Part shown: positions 52,808 through 64,000 of the stretch, piece by piece
Layout of the letters: the number at the start of each line of letters is the position of its first letter
How positions within the stretch are numbered: position 1 is the first letter of the stretch
From: Phoronis australis
Lineage: Eukaryota; Animalia; Phoronida
Assembly (NCBI GenBank): GCA_002633005.1
Contig: NMRA01000331.1
Location: 62,001 to 126,000, forward strand
Reading direction: 5' to 3'
Length of the DNA stretch: 64,000 nt
Program-made: the position numbers and the translations under genes
The notes under the pieces: generated by a model
Databases searched by the model: none
What the model saw: only the letters and a program-made list of their open reading frames with translations
Told to the model about the DNA's origin: nothing

Positions 52808-53011
52808 GATGCATTTTGAGGCTTGCTTTCAGTGTATGATGGTTGCTTGGTCGTTTTGATACCAAAATTCACGATGTAGTGAACCTGAGCTTTTTAGAAT
52901 TTTGCTCAAGATGCATTTTGAGGCACGCTTTCAGTGTATGGTGGTTGCTTAGTTGTTTTGATACCAAAATTCACGATGTTGTGAACCTGTGCTTTTTAGA
53001 ATTTTGCTCAA
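52808..53011. repeat. 102-bp tandem duplication
   Basis: GATGCATTTTGAGGC...TTTTAGAATTTTGCTCAA at 52808 and 52910. Confidence 0.9.
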
Positions 53012-53484
53012 GACGTGGTGTCGTTTTCCATCATTGTGTTTACACGTCACCAAGTTATCTATGATGTCACCGAGCCAACAAAAGTCCCACAATACAACTA
53101 AAAAACGACAGCAGCCCTTAGATGAATCCCCTGATTAGGGCCTGACCGTTTCTCTGTTAATTTGACCTTTAACCTCTGTATTGCTACATTACGACCTGAT
53201 AAACACAAATTACCACTGAACCACTGAAAATCTAAGATAACCCATGATTCCGTTTTCGAAAACGCCTTTACTTTTCCAATTTTTTCAGGAACACTAAAGT
53301 GAAAATGTCATTGGCGGCGCTTCGTTAGTCGTCCGAAAAGTGTCGAGTTCCATATCAATACAAACACATCAGCGTAATTTCATACAAATCAATCAATCGG
53401 CAGATACTGAGAAGTACACAAACAATCGACAAAGAACAACACTAGTACTTGTCTATTTTCGACCTCTAGAAACCCAAAGCGTGT

Positions 53485-53868
53485 TCTCCCTGATTCCATG
53501 CGTGCCCGCTAGGTGGTAAAGAACACGCAGTTATCGTTCAGTAGCAAGCGTTTTATCACTGGTTGATATAACCTTGACAGTCATCGGTTAGCTTTACAAT
53601 AAAGAAGAAAAATGGCGAACTATGGACGATTTTTAGCCTTGTCAGTGGCGTGACAGCTTAAGCACCGATTTGTCTGTGCAACAGACCACAAACTATATCC
53701 ACATTTACACTTCCTCCATTAGTCATGCCAGTTTGTTTACGTAAAGCGATACCTGTTGAGAATTTGACCAACCAATCAGAAACGCCGGTGTAAAAAATTC
53801 CCGTGGAAAATCAAATGAAACCTGCGTGTTCTCTATCCCCTAGCGGACAAGCAGGGAACCAGCGAGAA
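53485..53868. mobile_element. Internally deleted copy of the 14646-15242 MITE
   Basis: Shares CCACATTTACACTTCCTCCAT.AGTCATGCCAGTTTGTTT and CCAATCAGAAACGCCGGTGTAAAAAA, and the same TIRs. Confidence 0.75.
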
Positions 53869-55322
53869 GCGGGTTTGAAGTGAAAAGTACACCGTGGCGT
53901 GTACGTGAAAAACTAATCCAGTGAGATGCCATGATTAAAACAAATGCAAAACGCCCTCAAAATACAATTTCAAGTGCAATATATCTCAGCAATGTTTCTT
54001 TTTCCACTAAGAACGGTTGAGAATGTAGAACAAAGATCAGAGGAAAGCAGGCATGTTGTTACACTAGTGTATCTGTTTAAGCACGATAGGACAGATTTAA
54101 GAAAAACGTGTCAATGAATGGGTTATCATCTCATTTGTCATGCTTTCCTTTCAGCAATCTAACGGAAAAAGTGTGTAAGTTCCCACAACATTGTATCACA
54201 TCACGTCCTGGCTTTGATCAAACTTCGAGATTTATGGGAAATTTATCTATAAATGATGGCGTCTGGTTTAATGTGACATTATTACACGCCTCGAACTTAT
54301 CGACAACTCGATCAAGAAATCCTAAATTTGAAATTCATAATAGTCTCGCATACTCGTATGTGGTCATAGCACAATTTTTCTTTCGAGCAAAACTGCCCTT
54401 GGCCGCAACGCCACCTCTGGGAAGAATGGACTTGTGAAAGGATGATGACGCGACACGAACAAGTCCTGGTCAGTGACTTACATGTACAGGGGTCCTGGAT
54501 TTGGGAACCAGTTTGGTGCTCGTTATTCAACAGAGAACATTGGTTCTGAAAACGCAGGACCTCTGTAAGTAACTATTACACAAATCCGCGTGTGGTCACG
54601 AGCATGCATGCCTCGTTTTGGGCGTTTGTCGTAAACATCCTCATTTCTACCATAAAAACTCAAAACGTGTTAATCTTAACAGGCTTCTTTCAAATATTTA
54701 CAAGTATTAACTTTGTCAACGCTATACCGACCGAGGATATTTTGAGGAAATGATATCTGTGTCCCGATTGTGTTGACAGCTTATCCAATACACATGTGAC
54801 CACACATGTAACAATAACCAGCAACGACTATTCATACCTTCTCAAGGTTTTAATGGTTTTAACTTTAAAAGAAGTACTTAATACAATTATACAATATTAC
54901 TTTCAAGAAGACAACCTGACTTTTTTCACCTAATGAATTTCCTAATCGAAGATGCCAAAGCGGGTAATACAAAACCCACACAACCGTGGTTTTGCAGTCT
55001 TCGATGCGTTGCTGCTAGACTCGTTGTCATGCCAACGAATTGGGTGCCAACTTACATCATTACAATTGATACAGGGTTCGATAATCGATAATGGTCAAGA
55101 ACGGTATACGGAAATCAAAATACAGCTCGTGAAAAAAACAACTGCTTCCACGAGACAAGAAACCGAGTACAAACCACTGCCCCCCAACCACTCCCCTCCC
55201 CTAGCTTTCGGAAATTGTTGACACTTCTCATACAATACCGTCGTTATTGTAAGTCTTTGACTCGCAGTGCTGGGTCATTGATTTGATAATAATACGTTCA
55301 TGTAGTATATTATACTGTCATG

Positions 55323-55677
55323 TACTTATTTCAGTAATCTTCATAGACAAAACGTTATTTAGGACCTTAGAGAAGTGTATATATCTCACAATTACTTATA
55401 TCAGTAATCCTCATAGACAAAACGTTATTTAGTACCTTAGAGAAGTGTACATATCTCACAATTACTTATATCAGTAATCCTCATAGACAAAACGGTATTT
55501 AGTACCTTAGAGAAGTGTACATATCTCACAATTACTTATATCAGTAATCCTCATAGACAAAACGGTATTTAGTACCTTAGAGAAGTGTATATATCTCACA
55601 ATTACTTATATCAGTAATCCTCATAGACAAAACGGTATTTAGTACCTTAGAGAAGTGTAGATATCTCACAATTACTT
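55323..55677. repeat. 70-bp minisatellite x5
   Basis: TCAGTAATC at 55331, 55401, 55471, 55541 and 55611; near-identical units. Confidence 0.95.
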
Positions 55678-56987
55678 TGTCTATACTTACGTAGGTATTT
55701 GGCTAAATGCACAGACTTGTCGATAACGTCCAATTATAAAGAAAGAATGCTAGCCAATTACATCTTCATATACCCATAAAATAATTGAGATTCAAGCCAC
55801 ATTTTCTACTAATAGATAGTAGAGCTAACGTTAATAAGTGAAGGATAGGAACTAAATGCTACATGGATGTCGACTTGCTACGATGTAATTGCTGCCTTGG
55901 TTTCTTATTCATTCCTTTAAATTTGATGAAACGGTTAATAGCATAGACTGAAAGGTTTCTATAACCATACCTTAAAGCTAGATAACATTAGTCTAAGAAA
56001 AAAACGACTGAACTCAATCTCCTTTTAAAACTTGATATGACTGATTGTAATAATAGGCTTGAAGATGGGTCAAAGTGGTATGCCCACTCATAATAAACAA
56101 AAATATTCCTTACCAATTTAGTGAATGATGAAAACAGCATCCAGTCCAGTCGTATGTTTCCTGATAACCGACATGTATTTTTACTGTTCAGTCAGCATTT
56201 ATACGTTAGTAGAGTGCAACAGTTGTGAATCAAAATTGGTGAACTAAATGTATAAGCTGTCACGTGATAGGCAAGACAATTTGATTTACAATGTACACAT
56301 CTTGACCTCATGACCATAGAATATAATGAATGGGAATGTCGATATTGAGATATTTGTTCGCAATACAAATCACGTCATTACGACCGGATAGGACGAGTTA
56401 GTATTTGGCATTTCTTTATAGACACCATACAAAAGAGATTGCTAGTAATCAAAGACCCCTCCACGAGTTTCAATCTTTCAAGCTGGCTTCTGCGAACGAA
56501 AAGAGCAGCACTTACCGGGGAGGAAATAACTGCGATTACAGAACCGGGAAAGAAACGCAAAGGAAATATCTATGCAACTTAAGGGCATTTTCTTAAAAAT
56601 TTACAAGACTTTGATTAACATTTATCTGTCCTAATAGCCTACCTGTTTGTTCATTGAAGGCAATTACTTCACAGTTTATATGTAAATACCACTGAGACGC
56701 CAAGGCCGAAGGCACTACAAAGAATTGGTGAACAAGGAGCAGGAGGATCAACCTCGCTCACGACAATCTTTCGCATACATGAGTACAAGTTTTTTCTTTT
56801 TCTGCGGAATGCACCACTATTGACAAAAATTCAAATGTTGTGAATTCTCAGACGTTTCCTCCAACATCACATTTGTGAAAAAAAAAGTTTTGTCAGAAAA
56901 CGAAGCTAATTCACAAGAATGCGAAGAACTAATTTAAAAGTTTATGTAAATATATAGACCCTGAGGTTGGCCTATAGAGAAATATAT

Positions 56988-57060
56988 CAAATAAACACAG
57001 AAACACCAGGAACCCCAACTGGGAATCGAACCACAGGTTTCTAGATTCCCGGTCTAGTGT
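56988..57060 (-). repeat. tRNA-derived repeat 3' half, same family as 51742-51810
   Basis: AAATAAACACAGAAA...GGAACCCCAACTGGGAATCGAACCACAGGT.TCTAGATT is nearly identical to the 51.7-kb copy. Confidence 0.7.
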
Positions 57061-60000
57061 TTTTTTTTTTTTGTAGAGGACACAATTCCCGTTGCGTATT
57101 TCAATGGGTAGTCAGTTGGCACTAAATAAGCTGCCTAATCCAGCTTTATGTTAGTTAACAGGAACAGAACTATTCTTCAGGGCAACTTTGTTCCAAGTAA
57201 ACGGAAGTAAATCCCCCATTACGTGTGAAGTCACTAGATTGTTTCACGAGTCAGAATGCCCCGGTATGACGTCATCACTCATCAAATCTGCTACTGGTTA
57301 TGACTCACGATAGTTGTCTTTCGCCTTCTAGGTTGCAACACGATAAGGAGAACCAAGCTTGTGTGGCACCACATTTACTTGTTAAAAGATTCGCGACTCC
57401 GTCATATCTCGCGGCCTAACGCGATCTACGTGAGGAGGATTTATAACTTCCGGTATCTTTGTTTTATGTAGCAACAAAGGTAAACTGTCGTTTTTATTTC
57501 GCGCATTTCAAGCATATTTTAGTTTGAAATTTACTTGCTGTGGTACATGCAAAATAAATCTCGTATACCCGCCACAAAGGTCGGATTTTTGATACGAAAC
57601 GCGCCGAAACTAACTTGAGATGTTGCTGTTGATCGGCCCGAATACTGCGACAGTTCAACACATGAATCGAGACTTATGGTTCAAAGGAAAGCTTGAATTA
57701 ATTAGATAAATCTTGTTATCTGGTTGAATTCGCAGGCGTTTACGGTGAAATTTAGTTTGAATTTTGTGATTTTGTAGGAATTTTGGGTCGACCTAAATGT
57801 AGTAGTTTCTCATCTGTAACTACGTCTAAAATACAAACCAATAAGGCCAAAATTCAGCAAGAGGTGCTGGAAAATGAAAAATATTCCAGCGAAATATTTT
57901 ATTTTTTTCTGTCTATTGATATCTATTACAACAAATTTGGGCATAAATGAATATTTTTAAAAATCGAAGTACTGCGAGCACTTCACACATTTTTCACTCA
58001 CCGGTAAATTCTTGTGACTTGCAGTTTAGGTATAAACTTTCACCTGCTAAATGGCCGTAAATGAACCGATTTTAATGATATTTATATCAAACAGTTTGCT
58101 AAAAAATCTCTTTTAACCCTGAGTGTAAACTTTTCTTTTTTATAGACGTATGAGAAAATGTTGGGTTTTTTTTTAACTGACTTCCTTGTCAAAGTTTTTC
58201 CTCTTGGAAAGCAGTGCACACCATTGATGGAATTACCCTTGTTAAAAATTTGATTGCTTTAAATGTGGAAGTTTTTGTAAGTGCAACATTCTGATGCTCA
58301 AGCTATGGGCGTTCCTGTATGAATTCTCAGGTAAGATAAATGAAGAAAAAATTCTACGATATAAAGATTGGTTGAGAAACTCTATTTTGGAAAACAAATA
58401 GTATGCAAAGGGAGTTTTTGTATTCTTTTCTCAGAAATGTATGCAACATTTTATGTAATATTGTTTTTTTTTCCAGTTTTTCATTGTAAAAATCAATTCC
58501 ACTGTATATTTAAAAGTGATATATATTTATTGAAGAACACACAGAACATGCAAAGAAATAATGACAAACCCAGAAATCGCGAAGCCTTATATCTGGGTTG
58601 TAAGCAATTCATAAATGATACTAACATACATAGAGGTATATACAATTAAGTAGTATCTAATATAAGTATTCCAATACAAACTGGTATATCTGTGGTGCCA
58701 ATTTTCGCTCAACGATTGTAAAGTAAGGCAGGGGAGTCCCAGACCCCTGATACTTACTAATTGGAACTAGGAAAATAAAAAAATGAAAAATGTCTATTTT
58801 GTGTGTGTTGTGCTGTCTTTCACTGTCGTCACGGAATTTGGTGATGTTTCAAAAACAAAGTCTGTTGGTAACAAATGTAAATTTCACTCTGACAAACTAT
58901 CATGCTTTAATAGAAATGAATGCTCTGCGGTCAAAAGAAACAAAGCAGTGCATTGTAATGGTTTCTAACACAAGAGCAACTGTGTGTTATTCAGCTACAA
59001 AAAGCCAAGACAGATATCCAGACGGTAATTTTTTTCCTGAATCACCACCACCTTGCCAGTCAAGAAGTACTGACAATGTTGCAAGATGCAGGTGGTTTTC
59101 AATCTGTTTTCAGTACCATAACACAAATCTCGTGAAGGAATGAGATGATAGCTTTCACTAAGTAACTAGGCATTATATTTCAATCAGAGTACATGTAAAA
59201 TATCTGATAACCACTAAAAATATAGCTGACAGAACACCTATTAATACCTAAGGAAATTTTAAGTATTTCAGTCTTTCCATCTCATGTTCTCTGATTTCAA
59301 ATTTTGTGGTATTTTGTTTCATTTGGTGGTTTTATTTCATGTTAATATGTAATTGGTTTTCTTCTGCAGGCAAAATTATAACACTTAAAACTGCATTCCC
59401 TTCACTTGTATAAAGTCCAAAAAATAATTTTAAAAATTGTACTATACAAGTTCCCTCTCTGTTGGCGTCCAGCATTTCAGTCACAAAACACTAACGAAAA
59501 TAACAGTTAGGTCCTTCCAAATTTTAATCATGTCTCTTGGTCAGTTGCTTTAACAATGTTCTGTTGAGTGTCGAAATTTGTTCCGAGGATACGAACGGAA
59601 TGGAATAAGGATTGTTAGCAGCAAAGAGTGTCGTGTATTGGACCAATTTTGCATAACCATAACTATGTTTAGAAGTTGCACTACAATGTACTTTTAGCCT
59701 ATTGTAATTGTGACAGCAAGTTTTGACACTCAGGTTTTGCGAATGATGTCAATGTTAGCCATTGGTGCTTCCCCCAGGGACAAATATTTATTGCTACAAA
59801 TTCATTTTTGTTGGTTAATACTTGTGCTTATTTTTATGAGTTGATTTGCATGGTGTTGTATTTAAGCAAACACTGATACTACTTGCATAATATATCAGCT
59901 GATTTGACTGAAAGTGTAAACACGGGAAGATCACCTGACGACGTTTCTGGCGGTAACTCACAGCATGGCTGAATTATTGTGAATGTTTTTAAATGACATG

Positions 60001-60694
60001 ACGGAGAAAAATACACGCATTTTATTCATAGAAGACTTAAAAACTTTAAAAATTGGGCTATTAGACTACTTACTTAACCAAATCTTGAAACGAGTGAACG
60101 GCCGGTCCGTAAAACCGGAAGTTTTCTATCCTGCCTGTGCAGCGCCCTCTCATCGTCAGTGCTTATGTCCTTTGGTCCGCAATGTGCTCAACGCGCTCTG
60201 ACGGGAGTTGACCGTCCCTATCTATAGTCTATGGTGGCACTAAGCATTGGCGGATTTCCTATAGCCTGAGCTCAAGCTCGGGCCCCTTGTTCCAAGCACT
60301 AATTTAAAAAACACGTTTTTGATTTTGCCTTTACTCGTTTGTGTTCACTTGTCACCAGTGCATTGTTCGTCACTATGTGCTTATAACTTATAGCCATCTT
60401 TTAAAAATGTCTAAGCTCAATTGTCGACACCGCGCTATTCTAGCATACACTGGTTGACCTTAGATCATAGGCCACACGTTAAGTAAATACGTGACCGGAA
60501 CAAAAATGCTGTTTTTATATTTTTGTAAAACCATTTATCCGTGACTTGTTTTTAATTAACAAATGTCACAGGAAGCACAATGGCGGACTTGAGCGCTGCA
60601 ACTGGCAATATAACGTGGTATAAATCATATTGCCCCATTTGACGTAACTTTAGGACGCCGTACACTGTGACTCAAACAGACCCCATAGTCCGAA

Positions 60695-60850
60695 CAGTCA
60701 GTGAGCCGTGGCAGTGAGTTCGGACGCGATTTTTTGTATGTGTAAGCAACGTATTATAAGCCGGTCGATGAACTATGTTTGGCGGTCGGTGAGTCGTACT
60801 TGACAGTCAGTGAGCCGTGTTTGCCGGTCGGTGAGCCGTGTTTGCCGGTT
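60695..60850. repeat. Diverged ~21-bp tandem repeats
   Basis: Recurring GTC(A/G)GTGAGCCGTGTTTGCCG. Confidence 0.7.
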
Positions 60851-62253
60851 TACAAGTGAAGGAACTATTTTAAAAAGTGTCGTTTGGGTAGCCTGAAGTT
60901 GGACTACATAAACTTGACCAAATTGGTTAATTAAAATGGAAAGGTTTGTTTCGACTAATAAAGCCGCCCTGGAACAAAAAATGTTGTTTCAGTTGTATTG
61001 GATTACCCAGATAGTAATAGCAAGAAAACACGATTTAAACACTCTAACTAACGCAGACACGTCAAATACGTGAAAGGGACATTGTTAGCGAGAAATGTGA
61101 TTTTCTGAGGTCCGCCCCAGCACGATATCGACCCTGGAACCCCCTGATGCAGCCTAGTGGTCTGTTGTCGGAGCTAAATTCCACCCAATCGATTAGTGTA
61201 GGTTTATTTCAAAGATGCACTTCGCTCCGTTTAGCTGGCTAAAAACGGAAACAATATCCGGGAAAATACTGTACTCACTACTTGGCAGTTGTATGCGATC
61301 ACTGCTGGACTTGTTTAATTTGGTCTCTCAGCTACATATGTTTGAAGCTCGGATTTGACGACACTGGCAAGTGAACTTTTTGGTATGGAACCCAAATGCA
61401 GCAGTCTGGTCGATACGGTTATCCCCCTTTGTGACACCTTACACCAAATGTTTATTCCACCGCTACGGGTTTATCATACAAGGTAAACTAGCTAATTGTA
61501 CCGGCAAACACGTGTTAACGTTACATTGATGAAGAGGAATCACGCAAGACAACTCTCCACTTACGCTAGACAAAACATGTAATGTCTGGGCAATCTTTGT
61601 TTTTGTTGAATAAAGGCTCAGTTTTATTTATTAGGGAGGACTTGACTACAATAAAAAGCATTGCAAGCACAACATATATTAGCGAGACGCCTGAAATGTT
61701 CCCTCAGTCTAAGACCACCGTTCGGGCATTCGTATCTTAGCTAGCCAAAAATAAAAAATGGGATTGTCGGGTCAGATTTGATGGTAATTCTGTGGAGCAA
61801 ATAGAGACCACAATCCAGGCCCTTGTAGGTCCCCCGAAAATGAATAAAATGGGATGTGTGAGGTCGGGTTGGAACTTAAAAGTGTGCTGCAAACCCAACG
61901 CAAGATATGAATAAACGTTAATTTTGGGGAAAACGTCAACTGTTCGACGAGAATAGTTGGCGGTCACTCTGACTAGTGAAGTCATTTATATAAAAAATAC
62001 TTTTGCTGCATGAATATTTAGAAAAACGATTTTCAAAATTGTAAGCTGCAAAGCTGGAGTATGAGGCAAAGGTTATAGTGAATCCGTTTAGGACAAAGAT
62101 TTCACTTAGGGCATAAGACGCGTTTGAAATGTAATCTCGTGACCAAGACATCCGCTTGGAAATGCAAGTTATGCGCAGGCCTTTTCATCAACCACCACCA
62201 GACGTGCGTTACGACGAATACAAGGCCTCTCTGCAAACGAACAGCCAGAAACG

Positions 62254-62316
62254 CTCGGGGTAGCATCGCGGTAGCATCGTGCTCGCGGTAGCATCGTGCT
62301 CGGGGTAGCATCGTGC
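62254..62316. repeat. 17-bp tandem repeat (about 3.5 copies)
   Basis: Unit CTCG(C/G)GGTAGCATCGTG. Confidence 0.85.
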
Positions 62317-63118
62317 ATTTATTTGTTATCGCAGCGCAAGTCATTAATACCAAATTAAGTCAGATTTCCATGATAACATATAAAGAGACTGAAATAAACC
62401 CTACTAAACACTACACAAATGCATTAGAGGGATTAGTGTACGTTATTACACCGACCAGAGTTCAACATTATTTACAGTGTACTCTAAACTCTGTACGAAC
62501 TCTATACTAACTTGGTACTATCAGAGTGAAACTAAAGGCTCGGTCATATACAGTAAATAACGGGAGCATCGGAGGCACATGATGTGGGAAAGATGAAATA
62601 ATAGGCGTAGCAAACACTGTTTAAAAGTAAAGATTGGCATTTCCATCGACAGCAAAAGTTATTCAAATGCAAGTTTAATAGTCGGGGGAGGTGGCAGTGA
62701 AACATTGTAACCACCGCCAGGAGGAATGGGGAAGGGAGCGGGGAATGATATGGATGTTGGCCTAATGTGACGTGTCCAAATGTCATAAGCAGTACTTTGG
62801 TACTACACGAACCTCATTATTTTCACGGTCAAACTTTCTGGTGAACCTGGTAGTCACTAAACGAATCGTTTGACAAACCCCGACCCTATCTCGACATCAC
62901 CAGTCCTAGTCAAGGGAGCTGAGATAAAACCAACGTTTTGGCTTTATTAGGTCAGTGTTGTAAAATGATATTCACTCCATCTGTTAAATGAGTTGTGTAA
63001 ATAAAGCCTGATTAACACCGGGAAGTTTCAATAGCACAACTTAACAAACATTCACAGCACTATTGATTAATGTTCGAGCAGTTTGTGAGAGCAAAATTAA
63101 AGTTTGAAATACACTTAC

Positions 63119-63833
63119 TTGCGAATTTGTTCCCGATCTCTTCTTTCAAGACTTCAGAGATATCTTGTACGTTGGGTTTATAAATCGAAAAGTCGTAATA
63201 CTCGCCGGGACCAGCGCTCACTTTTGTTATGTTAATAATGGCGCTCACGGCGAGATAGCAGAATTTTGGCGAAATATTTTCATGGGAAAACGAGTCGTAG
63301 ATGATTTTAACATATTTCCACTGAAAGAACGAAGTTATGGAGCCAACAGCACGGGCGAGTGTATTGAATGTTGCTCCGACCCTTGTCAGAAGGGAATACT
63401 CGGAACCGGTATGTTTAGGGCTGCCGAAATCGTGAGCAAGTCCTGCAGCAGTAACAACGGATATATTCCAGGAGGACGAGGAAGCATATCGTGCTACGGG
63501 GGCAAGGGAGTAATCACAGCAGGGACCGAAGAATACGTCGACCCGAGGCTTAAGGCCTCTGACGAAATTGAAGGCTTCGATGGGGCCGTTCGTTGGTGAG
63601 CATTTCGAATCGGCATATTGAACTGAAATTGTGTGGTTGTGTATCAATTTGTTCTCGTTCACGTATAGTATTCCAAATTCTATCGCAGGGGCAACGCGGG
63701 ATTTAGCAAATAATCTTTGGCTATCATCAGGTAGAATTGCTGCTATGCGGACTTCGTCTGCTGCGATGTGATGACGACACACAATACATAACTGAGTTGC
63801 CAAAACCACGGCGAATACACGTTCCCGATTCAT
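63119..63833 (-). CDS. First coding exon of a natriuretic peptide receptor / receptor guanylyl cyclase-like gene (signal peptide + N-terminal ANF-receptor ligand-binding domain)
   Basis: ATG at 63833 followed by a hydrophobic signal peptide (VFAVVLATQLCIVC). Family motifs: RIAAILP, YADSKCS, DVFFGPCCDYSLAPVARYA, WNISVVTA, EYSLLTRVG, FQWKYV. Canonical donor GCAA|GTAAGT starts at 63118; exon is 715 nt (phase 1). The ORF tail past the donor is intronic read-through. Confidence 0.9.
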
Positions 63834-64000
63834 GTTGATATCTTGATGGCCTCAGCGCGACTACCATCAATTGCTATACATCCCAAGATAATCTTTCCGA
63901 GTTCGTCTGTCCCGACCATAAACTCGTTGTAGGCCTATTGAGCGACGATACCAACTCCTGTAAGTTTCATCAAACGCAATCGTGAGTAAACTCCGCAAGT

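Noticed and set aside
55323-55677. CRISPR-like appearance of this and the other tandem arrays (2996-3126, 33391-33545)
   Set aside because: Units are contiguous and near-identical with no unique spacers; eukaryotic context and no cas genes.
56313-60236. Possible large DNA transposon with CCATAGA...TCTATGG ends
   Set aside because: Only a short terminal match, no TSD and no recognisable transposase; cannot be supported.
63165-63599. 144-aa plus-strand ORF (also 22899-23225 and 40846-41226)
   Set aside because: Antisense shadows of longer minus-strand frames; no motifs.

Overview
AT-rich, repeat-dense eukaryotic DNA that looks like an invertebrate animal genome; it is not prokaryotic, so most listed ORFs, especially those with GTG/TTG starts, are spurious. 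The only clear host coding sequences are two paralogous minus-strand first exons about 40 kb apart (63833-63119 and 23645-22862). Each encodes a signal peptide plus the N-terminal part of a natriuretic-peptide-receptor / receptor guanylyl cyclase extracellular domain. Both end at an equivalent phase-1 splice donor, and I could recognise no downstream exons between or after them. This suggests a protocadherin/UGT1A-like array of alternative first exons, which is an inference. The rest is mobile-element debris: TTAA-flanked THAP (Kolobok-type) elements, several LINE relics, a Penelope relic with a hammerhead core, tRNA-derived repeats, MITEs (including ~68-bp minis with 5-bp TSDs), Helentron/DINE-like repeats carrying co-oriented CTCF-like motifs, palindrome-ended repeats and minisatellites.
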